NCBI GenBank assembly: GCA_030141605.1
Contig: JAQGDQ010001956.1
Coordinates: 1 to 19,331, forward strand
DNA: 19,331 nt
Origin: Tubiluchus corallicola
Lineage: Eukaryota; Animalia; Priapulida
Reading direction: 5' to 3'
Part shown: positions 1 to 12,699 of the stretch, one piece after another
How the letters are laid out: the number at the start of each line of letters is the position of its first letter
How positions within the stretch are numbered: position 1 is the stretch's first letter
Position numbers and translations under genes: made by a program
Notes under the pieces: generated by a model
What the model saw: the letters and a program-made list of their open reading frames with translations, nothing else
Told to the model about the DNA's origin: nothing
The model's database searches: none

Positions 1-211
1 CACTGTAGTTTTGGTCACTTGGTTTTTTGCTTTTCAACATGACCCTACGTCACTGTTTATGTAGGCATTTCAGAATAAAATCTTAAAACTAAATTTCAAG
101 CTTTTTGGTTTCTTCAAACCACTTACATTTGTGAGTCACACAAGGCAAGATGCTGCAATCCACACCAAAAACGAAATATAGTACTTGTTCCCGCTTGAGA
201 TGCTACGTGAG

Positions 212-345
212 AGTGTGGGGAGGGTTTATAAAGACTGAAAATAACGTATAACTACTAAAATACGTATAGCGTCCCAACTTTGAAGAAATTCACTTATCGC
301 GGGTGGACCTGGAACGGAACATCCGCGATAAGTGATGGAACAGTG
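212..345. mobile_element. Right end of a pogo/Tigger-like DNA transposon remnant
   Basis: Subterminal inverted motif cacttatcgcgg...ccgcgataagtg, then ...gaacagtg followed by TA (346-347). The left end is not visible and the start coordinate is approximate. Confidence 0.55.
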
Positions 346-396
346 TATTGTAATTTTCAGCGATCGAGTTTTGTATTGCTTTTGCTTGAATTGCAG

Positions 397-510
397 ATAT
401 TGATGAATGTGCAAGATATACGCCTTGTGTACACGGTGACTGTAACGAGTATGTTGACTATTACAATTGTACTTGCTATGAAGGCTATACGGGAGACACG
501 TGCAATTCTG
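397..510 (+). CDS. Internal exon, EGF-like domain 1 of an EGF-repeat polycystin/REJ-family gene
   Basis: ttgcag| acceptor and G|gtaagt donor; 114 bp, phase 1-1; translates (D/N)[37 protein letters not shown] with six-Cys EGF spacing. This frame is not in the ORF track. Confidence 0.93.
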
Positions 511-701
511 GTAAGTTCTGGTAAGAACAGTCATTTGTTGTTTGCCTGTGTATTTAGTCTTCTCCTGTTTGTATTGTCATGTAAAGACAACAAGAAGCAA
601 ACATACGTTGAAAAGGTAAGTTTGAAACCTAATACATGTATCATATTTTTGGACTAAAATTTGAAACTTTGACCAAAGAGCAGCCATTATGTAACTTTTT
701 C

Positions 702-1794
<1,093 letters not shown>

Positions 1795-1970
1795 ACTTTT
1801 TCCAACAAACAAGTAGCACTATAAGGCAGAATTACTTCATAAATGCAATAACTGACTGAAAACTACTACTGGTTTCCAGGAGTTAATAGATTAGCAAACT
1901 TGACTCACAAAATCATGCTGTACGAAATGTTCAAAGTGCATTATGACAATGTTAGTCAATGAAAAGAGTA

Positions 1971-2362
1971 CCGTATTTTCCCGTGTATAAGAGACCCTTT
2001 TTTGCTCAGAATTTTCACTTTAAAAATAGGGGGTCTCTTATACATGGGTGTAAGTCCAGAATGGAATGGTGTAAAGCCAGAGGTCATTATTAAATCTTTC
2101 AAGAAGTGTGGCATCTCCAATGCCATGGACGGCACAGAGGACAATGCCATTTTTGAGCAGAGTGACTCCTCTGATGATGAACTGGCTGGAATTGCTGAAG
2201 GTCTGACTCCAGTTGATATTTTTGATGAGAGTGATGAGGAATTCAATGATTTCTATGATGAATAAAGTTATTCATTACCAAAAAACTTTTTTCCAGAATT
2301 TTTGCCTAAAAATTGAAGGGGTCTCTTATACACAAGGGTCTCTTATACATGGGAAAATACGG
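1971..2362 (+). mobile_element. Internally deleted pogo/Tc2-like element retaining the transposase C-terminus
   Basis: TA TSDs (1969-1970, 2363-2364); TIR CCGTATTTTCCC(G/A)TGTATAAGAGACCC. Internal 2059-2265 reads EWNGVKPEVIIKSFKKCGISNAMDGTED plus an acidic tail and stop, with AATAAA at the stop, typical of pogo DDE_1 transposase ends. Confidence 0.88.
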
Positions 2363-2463
2363 TATAAACATTTTCACTCTTACTAAAATACATGATCCGT
2401 CATGCAGCTATAGGCCAATCATATGTGAATAGATGGTGAATGCACACTTATCTGTGTGATTAA

Positions 2464-2898
2464 CCCTTTCAGTCCCAAATTATTTTTTTAATAAGACTTG
2501 GTACTTTTGTTCAGTATGTCCATCTTGCTTACACATAATATTTTTTTATTATTTAGCACCTGTGCCCGCGTGCTAAATATAGCCTGTATCCCACGGGATA
2601 CATTGGGATTCAATGGAAGCAAAAAATGTGCTTCATTTTGCAACTGCTGATAATTTTTTAAAGTATTTAGGACATTTAGTTATGCATGCTATGCTGATCT
2701 GCACAAAGTCATCTCTAAAGTACTTTGTGCTATGTAGATTTTCTAGTTTGTCATTTTATCACTATTTTTAGTCTCTTGTTATTGGCTTAAATCAAAATAA
2801 CTATTAACAGATCAAATAACTGTCAGTTTTAAAATTTTATTAATTTTAAAGGCAGAAAATATTCTCGTATCCCACGGGATACAACGGGTATGAAAGGG
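2464..2898. mobile_element. piggyBac-like MITE
   Basis: TTAA on both sides (2460-2463, 2899-2902); CCC...GGG termini; TIR CCCTTTCAGTCCC vs CCCTTTCATACCC (11/13); internal palindrome GTATCCCACGGGATAC at 2586 and 2867. Confidence 0.8.
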
Positions 2899-2983
2899 TT
2901 AATCGAATCTAACTGTATTACGTTTCTAAACAGCTACTTCAATTGTTAGAATAACAAAAGACAGTAAGAAGTATGTGCCTTAA

Positions 2984-3087
2984 AGGAAGACAGGATGATT
3001 TTTATATCCTACTGCATTTTGAAGTACGGTAAAAAGCATACATTTTAACACCAATAATACTGCAAAAGCAGTTCTGATAATTAAATA
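2984..3087 (+). mobile_element. Left end of a Kolobok-like (TTAA-target) element, truncated by a Tigger-like insertion
   Basis: TTAA|AGGAAGACAGGATGATTTT; clearly homologous to segments starting at 13750 and 17458. Confidence 0.6.
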
Positions 3088-4050
3088 CAGTGGAACCTCG
3101 ACTTACGAAAACCCTATTATACGAAAAATTCAGAATACGAATCGGGCTTCAAAGAAATTTTCTTCCCATTTAACGAAAAATATTCAAGATACGAAAACGA
3201 AAATCGAAAGTGCTGCCTGACAGCGGTCCTCCCAGAATGCATTTCGTAGCATCATGTGTACGCTTTGTTGAACGCTTCGAAAGGTAAAGTGTCATTCGTA
3301 ACAACATTTATTATTATTATATATATATATAAGATTCGAGGCTACAGCTTCGACGACAGATAGACAGCCCGTTCATCAGGGTGTGTCATAGGCATATTTA
3401 CAATTTGCGAGACGGCCACGGCGTCCCATAACGGGCGTTTTCCCGGACTCAAGTTTTTTCGAAATTTTGATCAAACAGCCTGCGGAAAAAACGTTCTAGC
3501 GGCGCCTGGTGGGGCTCTCGGAAGGAGATATATGGCTCTTTAGAAAGAGGAAGAAGAGGGCTACACGATGGTGTGGGCTATATTTTAGGACCCGTCCACC
3601 AAGAGGAGTACTGACGAGTTAATTAGATGTTCTATTTTCGCTGACGCAAAGCCATTGTTCTGACGTCATCCATTATACTCTGCCTATAACCTTATAACTT
3701 TAATTCAGTAAAAAGCTGCTGCTGCTGGCTTTGCGTTATCAGTGAGGACTGTGTAGGATGTTCGCGTATTATTGATTATGAGTGTATCTATGCGCAAAAT
3801 TTTTTTGTGGGCCTTTGCTAGTTTATTATTATTTTTCATTGGTTTTATTTTCTTATTGTTTTTTAATATTTCTGTAAATGATTATGTTGTCATTAACGAA
3901 CATATTTCTTTCAGGTGGGCACAATGTTTACATTTTACACGACTGTTTTCAGGAGGAGCTGGAACGAATTACGCCATTTATAAATAATAAATCGTAATAA
4001 ATCTTGTCTCATAATACCAAAATTCTAAGATACAAAAGCCCCTCTGGAAT
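3088..4050. mobile_element. Tigger/pogo-like element fragment with a nested Helitron-like insertion
   Basis: TA|CAGTGGAACCTCGACTTACG terminus followed by repeated tacgaa subterminal motifs. The right terminus was not found, so the end coordinate is approximate. Confidence 0.5.
3320..3821 (+). mobile_element. Non-autonomous Helitron-like element, copy 1
   Basis: Ends with a near-palindrome (gcgcaaaattttttt-gtg) about 10 bp before CTAG|T; no TSD; AT-rich flanks; 3460-3821 is homologous to the copies at 16764 and 18775. The 5' boundary is approximate. Confidence 0.7.
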
Positions 4051-4433
4051 TGTGCTGCATTCTTATAAAATAATTGCGTATTATGGATTAGTAATATGGA
4101 CTTCTGTGAAAATTGGCTTCTAAATACAAGTATGTGCTTATTTGTGTGGGTGTGCACGTGCGTGCATGGATGAGTGCATGTGTGTGCGTGCGTGCATGTG
4201 TAAAAATAAAACTAATATTCAATATTAGTATTTAATAACAAATGGCTATTTGTTTATTTACAAGATTCTGTTTTAGTAACACACCACAAGAAGTTATTGG
4301 CAAATGTGCAAAAACCTATGTGGCCCTGTTAAAAAGCAACACCGTAGTGAAAGGGTTATTATTTCCCTATCATTCTTGAGTAATCATCTTCTATCAAAGA
4401 CCAATTTTCGATGACTTTCTTTCTGTGTTTCAG

Positions 4434-4547
4434 ACATCAACGAATGTAGCAATCCAAACATATGTCACAATGGCACATGCAGTAACTATATAGGAACATA
4501 CACGTGCAGTTGCTCTGCTGGATATACAGGGGAGAACTGTGAAATTG
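4434..4547 (+). CDS. Internal exon, calcium-binding EGF domain 2
   Basis: tttcag| acceptor and G|gtaaga donor; 114 bp, phase 1-1; DINECSNPNICHNGTCSNYIGTYTCSCSAGYTGENCEI with C-x-N-x4-Y-x-C motif. Confidence 0.95.
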
Positions 4548-5014
4548 GTAAGAATAATAATGTTTTGTCATTAATAAGAATCTGTGAGGATTTTGCTTTT
4601 GATCGTTTCATGGATTTAAAACGTATAGCTAAGTTAGACAAATATAAGAGGATAGTAATGCCAGCCCTCCGTCTTCAAGTCAGTTCCTAATCTCCCTCTA
4701 GGTGCGGGCCTCAAAATCCTTTTGTCTAACTGCCTAATGCGCCGTGAGCTTCTGCGCATAACAATCACATCATCCATCTTTGCTTCTGAGTCAGCCGGTC
4801 GAACATCAGCTGATCACGTGATGCCACACCTAACTAGGCTTCTAGCCACGACGATAGTTTAATCTTGCATCGTCAAGCATGTAATCTTGAATTATTAATT
4901 TAATAATTTAAACACCAATTTAATCAAAATCATTATTTAACGCAGTTTTCTTTTACTTTCGCTTTTTACGCTAAAAAAGGTTCTGAAGCACCTGGCGGGA
5001 TAATGGATTTAGAC

Positions 5015-5508
5015 CAGGGATCTGACTAGCCCGGCCACATTAAACTTTCCCGCAATTCCTGCGGGCCACAGGCAGTTTGATCAAGGAGCCAAGTACAGAA
5101 AGGCCTGATAACGATTTTTTTGCATCCGACCTGCGTACATCATTACTACTACACCCAAGAAACTATTTTAGAAGTTTAAATTTTAAAATTTATATTACAA
5201 ACCATATATTTCTACTTTCAGGACAGATAGTGGTAATTTCATTACAATGCATATTAGTAATGTGTATCACACAGTCTGTGTAGTACAGTGACATTAAGCT
5301 ACAACCGTCTTGTAAGGGTTAATGGCATCCGATCTAGTAGAGAAAACTACCCACACTATCTTTGGGATCGTGGCACGGACTTCAGCTGGATACACTCAAT
5401 TAATCGCCCGGGCCGCACTTTCATTAGGTTGACAAATCTCTTCACGGGCCGCACAAATTCTCTCGGCGGGCCGCAAGTGACCCACGAGCCGCAATTTGCA
5501 CACCCCTG
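5015..5508. mobile_element. hAT-Charlie-like MITE
   Basis: CAGGG...CCCCTG termini; 8-bp TSD ATTTAGAC/GTTTAGAC (7/8; NTYTAGAN-type target); repeated subterminal cgggccgc motifs. Confidence 0.8.
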
Positions 5509-6675
5509 GTTTAGACGAATGAATCAGCAAAATATCTCCAGGTGTTTTTCTACTTGTAGAAATGAGACATTTAAAGTCATTTTAGCTTTGATAAATTAGT
5601 TAGTATTTTTGTTTATAAAAAATATAATTATGAGTGGTTGCACCCTGGAATTAAACTATTATTTTTAGTTACGTTAGTTAAGCTTAAACAAGAAAATCCT
5701 CCATGAACATAAGCTTAAAAAATTCGTCTTTAAATTTTATATCACTTACATAGACTTGCGTTGGCAGTAACGCTGTATAAAACATGTAAATTTAAACTCC
5801 CGCGATGACCGTTAGTCACAGCCAATTTGATGATAGATCATTTGAAACTAGTTTAGATAACATTGTGTAAAGTTTGACAAAATAATCAGAACATTGAAAA
5901 CATTTTAAAGAGTTAATAATTTTCTTCTCTAGTTAAATAAGTCTTTCTAGCAGGTAAGAGAAATGCTAAGTAATGTAGATTTGAATGGAAAGTTTTTTGG
6001 GACATAATTTAACATTTCCTTTTCTTTCCGTGATTTACGTTTGCTGCTCATCTAATGCCGCCGTCGGAACAGTAGGTCAGAGATTTAAATTGAAAACAAA
6101 TCTTCTCAACGCGAGTTCGATGTATGTACAAAATTGCCGTAAAGCAGTGTAATTTTTTAAGGCAATTTTTCTGAAACCTAGTTTAGCTACCCTTTATAGA
6201 AACAAGTGCGTTAGCTCTTCTACTTGGAAGAGGTTGCAAATCATTTAAATACAGGATAGGTATAACTGATTCAGATCTGTGTGTTTGTGGTTTAGGCAGT
6301 CAAACCCCAGAACGTTTAATTTTTTATTGTCCGTTACCATTGGTTAAACAAGATATAAGAGTGAATCTCGAACGCAGCTTAGAAAATAATGACATTCGAA
6401 ACATTTACAAAAAGAGAGACACTAATGTAACCAAAATGTATATAGATATTGTAAAAGAACTAACCCAAAATGATCTTATAGTAAATTGATTATACATTGA
6501 TTATAAATATTGAATTTATATTTAGAATAGGTAAATCGTAATGCAAAATTGTCAGCTTGTTTAGTAAGAAATTTATTTAATGTACGTAAATGTAGTGTAA
6601 AGACTTATTTAACATTTTTGTACTTTTGTGCCCTGCAAAAAGAAGGCTTCTTGTATAATTTTCAATAAAGATTTT

Positions 6676-7405
<730 letters not shown>

Positions 7406-7501
7406 CTTACTTTATCGCTTTCTCGCCTAGGCTGAAATTAATAATCGGGTCCGAAGCAAAGTTGAATCGATATACTGATTTTGGAACACGTTTATTTTCA
7501 G

Positions 7502-7612
7502 ATATCGATGAGTGTGAAGGTAATCCCTGCATTAATGGGACGTGTCTTAATTACGTCGCCTATTACGAATGTGACTGTACATTGGGGTTTAATGGAACCG
7601 AGTGTCAATATG
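7502..7612 (+). CDS. Internal exon, calcium-binding EGF domain 3
   Basis: ttttcag| acceptor and G|gtaagt donor; 111 bp, phase 1-1; DIDECEGNPCINGTCLNYVAYYECDCTLGFNGTECQY. Confidence 0.95.
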
Positions 7613-7925
7613 GTAAGTTGTAAATGTTATCTCGGGGCCCACGAGGATTTGGCACATTGAGCAGTTGTCCAAGGCCGCTCGACCGGCTTCATGATTCTAG
7701 GTGCCCGTGCTGCCATAGGTGTGAATGTCATGTTTGAAGTTGTAGGTCACTCACTTTGTAGAACAAGAATAAAAAACTATACTACATATTTGCACAAAAC
7801 TGAAAAGTGTTTATTAAACTACATACACATAAGTAGAATGACTGCTGCACTGAACACTGAGAATGAGAGTGTCCTGCACTGAACACTGAGAGTTAGACAG
7901 TGACTAGAAAGTAAATCAGTCAGTA

Positions 7926-8421
7926 CAGTGGCCGCCGCTTATTATGGACACTGTTATTGTGGACAGCCGGTTATTGTGGACAACTCGCGAGAGACGGAAT
8001 TTTCCCCTAATAAAATCCGCCGGTTAATATGGACAACCGCCGCTTAATATGGACAGCGAACATTCTTGGCACGTGAACCAGCCGTGCCAACCACAGCCTG
8101 CGCGCGTGATTGAAAAGAGCTTCCCGCTCTGCTGCCTGTGTGAGTCATTGCATCAGTCAGTTCGCTGTTTGCCGTGGCCTTGAGAGCTTCGAAACTGTGA
8201 TAACTTCCTTCCGTTCAAGGTTGAGAGATAAGTTTCCTGCCAAACAAACTCGTCTGACTTCTTTTTTTCAATAAAACAGGAGACGAGTTGATACAGACAG
8301 TTTTTTGCCTTTTTTAATGAAGGGGAAGGGTCTTCATGGGTCACTTCGCTTAATATGGACAGCCGCTTAATATGGACATACACTGCTGGCCCGAGGTGTC
8401 CACAATAAGCGGCAGCCACTG
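7926..8421. mobile_element. pogo/Tigger-like MITE, complete
   Basis: TA TSDs; 25-bp TIR CAGTGGCCGCCGCTTATTATGGACA vs CAGTGGCTGCCGCTTATTGTGGACA (23/25); multiple subterminal tta(a/t)t(a/g)tggaca repeats. Confidence 0.9.
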
Positions 8422-8797
8422 TATACAGGTATAGGTGACCTATGCAGACTTGCAAAGGCTTCACAAAACCATTACTTTAAAATAGGGAGAGAACCAGTGA
8501 ATATGCATTCACTGGACCGTACAATTATACTGGTGGTAAGTAGCTGATAGAGTAACAGGATTAGTTCATAGATGGCAGCACCTAATTAAAATGTACAATT
8601 ACAACTTCCACAATAGGTACCTAGTTGCCCAATGCTACCATATTGTTATTGAGAAATTAGAACTTGTTAAATTATGTGCTTAGCTGATCGTTTGTGTTTT
8701 TACTGTTTTAGTATACAGTGTACGAATCAATTATCATTTCATTTTACATGTTAAAAGTTTGCGTCAGTCATTCATGACTTTACGGCATGTTTTTTAA

Positions 8798-9337
8798 AGG
8801 AAAACCGGATGATTGTGTAAACACGAGTTCAGAATAAAGAATGGTATAAATTATTGAAAACTACAGTAGCTTTTTTTAAATCAAAGCTTAGATTAAATGA
8901 TAATTACCTCGTATACTCAAATTTCGTTAAACTTTCAAAGCTACGCGTGGCTCAGTGAATCTACTAAGATTGGCAGCGGCGCTTTTTTGTCACATTCACG
9001 TGGCCGACAAATAGAAGGCGGTGCCGTGATCATGAACTGTCTTGTTAGTTTCTGACGTCATATGATGTAGAGCCCATTTTTCGTGACATCATGCGTTTAA
9101 GCAGTACTGTAACACTGACGCAAACGTGCTTGACGCGCAAGGGAACATGTCTGCCATTGCACAAACTGTGGTTAGTTTCTGACGTAAGCAATAGCTGTGT
9201 TCGGTTGCCATTAATTAACTTTCTAAGCTGATTATTCAAATATAAGGAACAATTGCTAACTTTTATAGGCAAGAAAATGTATATTTTGGACAGTAAATTA
9301 AAATGAGATTGAGTCTAAACAATTGTCCAGTCTTCCT
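8798..9337. mobile_element. Kolobok-like MITE
   Basis: TTAA|AGGAAAACCGGA ... TCCAGTCTTCCT|TTAT (imperfect TIR, decayed TTAA); the last ~130 bp recur at ~15410-15540, where they are followed by TTAA. Confidence 0.65.
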
Positions 9338-9558
9338 TTATGTTCCTTGTTTGAAAGTACTAATAGGGTTAACTGCTTGAGGCTTCATGTTATTCATCGT
9401 CTACATTTTCCCTTGGGTAGATACTTTGATTTACACAGGGTCTAGAATGCTGTTAAGATTGTCCTATGCTGTGTAGCTGAACAAGATTTAAGAATATTAG
9501 GTTAAGCCTTCTGTTAAATGACTGTGTTTCATTTTTGCGACTAAAAAAAGTTGGAGGC

Positions 9559-9905
<347 letters not shown>

Positions 9906-10150
9906 AATGCATATGGAATCTCGTAAACGTGTTGAAAGCTGCCTATAATTTCGGCTTATAAACAATGCGCCTTTTCTTTGTATGGCTGTGCTGTAACGGT
10001 GACACTAACTGCACTAACAGCTGTGTTAAATGTGTGGAAGTTTTAATTTGTATTTCCTGTTCCTGTAGTTCCTTTACTTGTGGCTAATTGTTGTTAGTTA
10101 TGATTTAATGTTTAATATATGAATTAATTTACATCTACTAAGTGCGTCAT

Positions 10151-10270
10151 TACTACGGCCATATCACGTTGAAAACACCGGTTCTCGTCTGATCACCGAA
10201 GTTAGGCAACGTAGAGCTTGGTTAGCATTTGGATGGGTGACCGCCTAGGAATACCAGATGCTGTAGGCTT
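10151..10270 (+). pseudogene. 5S rRNA-derived sequence (SINE head)
   Basis: Full-length 5S-like sequence ..CTACGGCCATATCACGTTGAAAACACCGGTTCTCGTC...GCTGTAGGCTT with box A-like AGTTAGGCAACG and box C TGGATGGGTGACCGCC; several substitutions; no oligo-T terminator follows. Confidence 0.92.
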
Positions 10271-10704
10271 GCAGGATGCCCACACTGTATCTCGACACTA
10301 GGCGGAGGAGCTGCACAAGCAGCCAACGGCTAGAGGGCGGAGGAGGTCAAGTGACCCAACGGCCATGTGTAGAGGAGTAAAGCTTCCAAATCAGGAGTGG
10401 AGCCCCAAAGGCAGACCAGTGCAGCATGCTCACTGTCTCCAGCAGCTTCTGCAGCCAACCTGGTGCCAAACGTATCGCTCCGCTTTCCTTTGGACTACAC
10501 CAGCCAGGAAGAGAGGGGGTTCCTGCTGTCTGGGCAACTCAGGATCTCCATACACCTTGCCCAGGCTTGTGCTCTGGAGAGACTACTCCAGTGGTTCAAG
10601 GATCGGATTTCTCAGCCACAGTCGACGCTGCAGCTTCATCAATGTGATCAATAACTGACTCTCTTGGCACACACTCCATTGTCTTCCGAGACAGGATGCC
10701 AACA
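10151..10704 (+). mobile_element. 5S rRNA-headed SINE (SINE3 type) with RTE-LINE-derived body and tail
   Basis: TSD ACTAAGTGCGT at 10137-10147 and 10705-10715; 120-bp 5S head; no TTTT within the element; SRIGFLSHSRRC (10596-10631) resembles the RTE ORF2 C-terminal zinc-finger end; tail ccattgtcttccgagacaggatgccaacaa. Confidence 0.82.
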
Positions 10705-10739
10705 ACTAAGTGCGTTAATGCTTATGCTTTTTTCTCTAG

Positions 10740-10853
10740 AAATTGATGAATGCGCTTCAAACCCTTGCAGCTCACACAGCGAATGCAAGAATGAAATTGG
10801 TTTTTATGAATGTGTCTGTGACGTTGGATTTACCGGCATCAATTGTCAGACAA
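10740..10853 (+). CDS. Internal exon, calcium-binding EGF domain 4
   Basis: ttttttctctag| acceptor and A|gtaagc donor; 114 bp, phase 1-1; EIDECASNPCSSHSECKNEIGFYECVCDVGFTGINCQT. Confidence 0.95.
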
Positions 10854-10953
10854 GTAAGCAAACCTCTTTATTTATTTATTTATTTATTTATTTATTCATG
10901 TGGCATTACTTGCTGGTATGTACAGCCACAAAGACTACAGGTATACTTATAAG

Positions 10954-11327
10954 TGTTGTCGATATCGCTGGCATCTATTAGAATTAAATAGAACATTGTA
11001 GAATGTTCCATTAGAATAATCGTCTTACCTTGTAGAATGTTCTAGAAAGAAACTTCTAGAATGTTTCCTGGCTCCCTATATAAGGCGAAGCGGGCCGCTG
11101 AGAGAGGAGACGCACGCAGATTCACACAGACGCCACTTACACATTCTCTTATAAACCTGTATTTTCAGATACACTTAAACGTTTTCCAGTTTTTCACGTT
11201 TAGTGTAAACATTTCGCGTTCCTTCATAAATTTGTGTTGTAGAATTCTCGCTTAATAAACTAGTTTAATCTGACGACGTGTTTTCTGGTTTTCTTTACGA
11301 GCCTTCCGAGAGAAACAAAACACAACA
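10954..11327 (+). mobile_element. Solo LTR, copy 1
   Basis: TGTTGT...ACAACA termini; perfect 5-bp TSD ATAAG; internal TATATAA and AATAAA; second copy at 17987. Confidence 0.88.
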
Positions 11328-11579
11328 ATAAGAGTCTGTTATTAAATAATCCCCAGTCAATTAATGCAGGTACTCCACAGTATTATTGTTAATACATGGA
11401 GGAAAGAACCAACTAGTAGCGGCTGTGGTCTATAGCTACTGTGGAACTGCGTCGTCCTCTATTGTCACTCTGTATTATTGATAATATTCACTATTATAAC
11501 AGTCTTTTCTTTAGTTCTTTCTTTATACTTGTACGAAACCAGAGCACGTGAGGGTAGTACTGTTTGCTTCATAGCCCAG

Positions 11580-11806
11580 CACAGTGCGCTCCAGCAACGA
11601 GGTGTTTGGCTGTTGTGCGCTTGCGGCCATGCGCACACGTCTGAGATAAGAAACTGCACGCTAGGTAGAGAAAGTATTGTCGCTCACACAGTGCCACAGT
11701 TCAAGTAACGCGGTGTTTGGCTGTTGTGCACATGCGGGCATGCACACACGTCTGAGATAAGAAGCTGCATGCTAGGTAGAGACAGTATTGTCGCTCACAC
11801 AGTGCC
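11580..11806. repeat. Tandem duplication of a ~111-bp unit
   Basis: ggtgtttggctgttgtgc...gtattgtcgctcacacagtgcc starts at 11601 and 11712, with scattered mismatches. Confidence 0.9.
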
Positions 11807-12046
11807 GACTCTGTTGTGCAAGTGTAAGGTAGTGTTTCTTTTTGACTAAATTTTCATTTTATATGTTCATTTCATTTTACACAATTAAAACAAAAACTAA
11901 AAATTTTCTGAAGCAGCGCCACCACAAATTTTAGCTATGAGCCGCGACCGTATGAGTGTCTTGTGAGTTCTGTCTTCTTGTATGCAAATCTCTTATCCTT
12001 TTTTTATGATGTCTGTGTGAAATATTGTTTTTGTTTGTTCGTGTAG

Positions 12047-12157
12047 ATATTGATGATTGTAGACCAGATTCATGCCTGAATGGTGCAACTTGCAACGACT
12101 TGATAAATGGTTACAATTGTTCCTGCCCGGATTATTTTTCTGGTATCCATTGCGAAG
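12047..12157 (+). CDS. Internal exon, calcium-binding EGF domain 5
   Basis: gtgtag| acceptor after a T-rich tract and G|gtgagc donor; 111 bp, phase 1-1; NIDDCRPDSCLNGATCNDLINGYNCSCPDYFSGIHCE. Confidence 0.94.
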
Positions 12158-12214
12158 GTGAGCATATCTAGGATACTGCTATGTTTAGTTGTTGATTTAG
12201 CTGAACGAAATTTT

Positions 12215-12699
12215 CAGGGATGAGAATTTTTCGCGGATACGCAGAATTCCCAGTTTTTGGAAGACCAGTAGTGCCATTTTTGTAAATCGCGTAAATTTGT
12301 TGAGAAAATTTTTACGGGCCCATTACATTATTTCACAAGCTGACCGCTAGGTGGCAGGCCGTCACTTTGTTTGCATCACGTACATCGGTGTAACCACGTG
12401 TATATCTCTATGTATAAAAATATAGAATCAATTGTGCGGAGTTATTTGAGTCAATTGCAGACAGTTTTTATATACTTTTGATAGGAGCGGCCAGTACATT
12501 TTTAAACAATTAGGTATCATGTATCCTTGATAGTTGGGTATTTTAAGTTATGCATGAAACAAGGTAATTGATATTTTAAGTCTACTTAGGGGCTCTCTAT
12601 TGTCAGAAAATTGCAATTTCAACCCCATTGGGGGCCTAGGTGTCCCCAAACCCCCCGGCCTGTTTCAGAGTTTTTTGCAATTTGTCATTCTCATTCCTG
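12215..12699. mobile_element. MITE with CAGG termini and an apparent 6-bp TSD (hAT-related, uncertain)
   Basis: TIR CAGGGATGAGAAT vs CAGGAATGAGAAT (12/13); AATTTT directly on both sides (12209-12214, 12700-12705). Confidence 0.75.

Noticed and set aside
280-657. 125-aa ORF and a possible micro-exon ending AAAAG|gtaagt at 615
   Set aside because: The ORF overlaps the EGF exon in another frame and starts in a transposon end. The micro-exon lacks a convincing acceptor and a recognisable peptide.
10151-10270. Functional 5S rRNA gene
   Set aside because: Single copy, altered first bases and internal substitutions, no oligo-T terminator, and enclosed with 430 bp of other sequence by a TSD.
10271-10450. 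HDV-like ribozyme at the start of the RTE-derived part
   Set aside because: Known from some RTE 5' ends, but I could not assign the P1-P3/L3 pattern by eye; it needs a covariance-model or descriptor search.
11414-11950. Degenerate TIR element around the 111-bp duplication
   Set aside because: Only weak inverted similarity at the ends and no TSD found.
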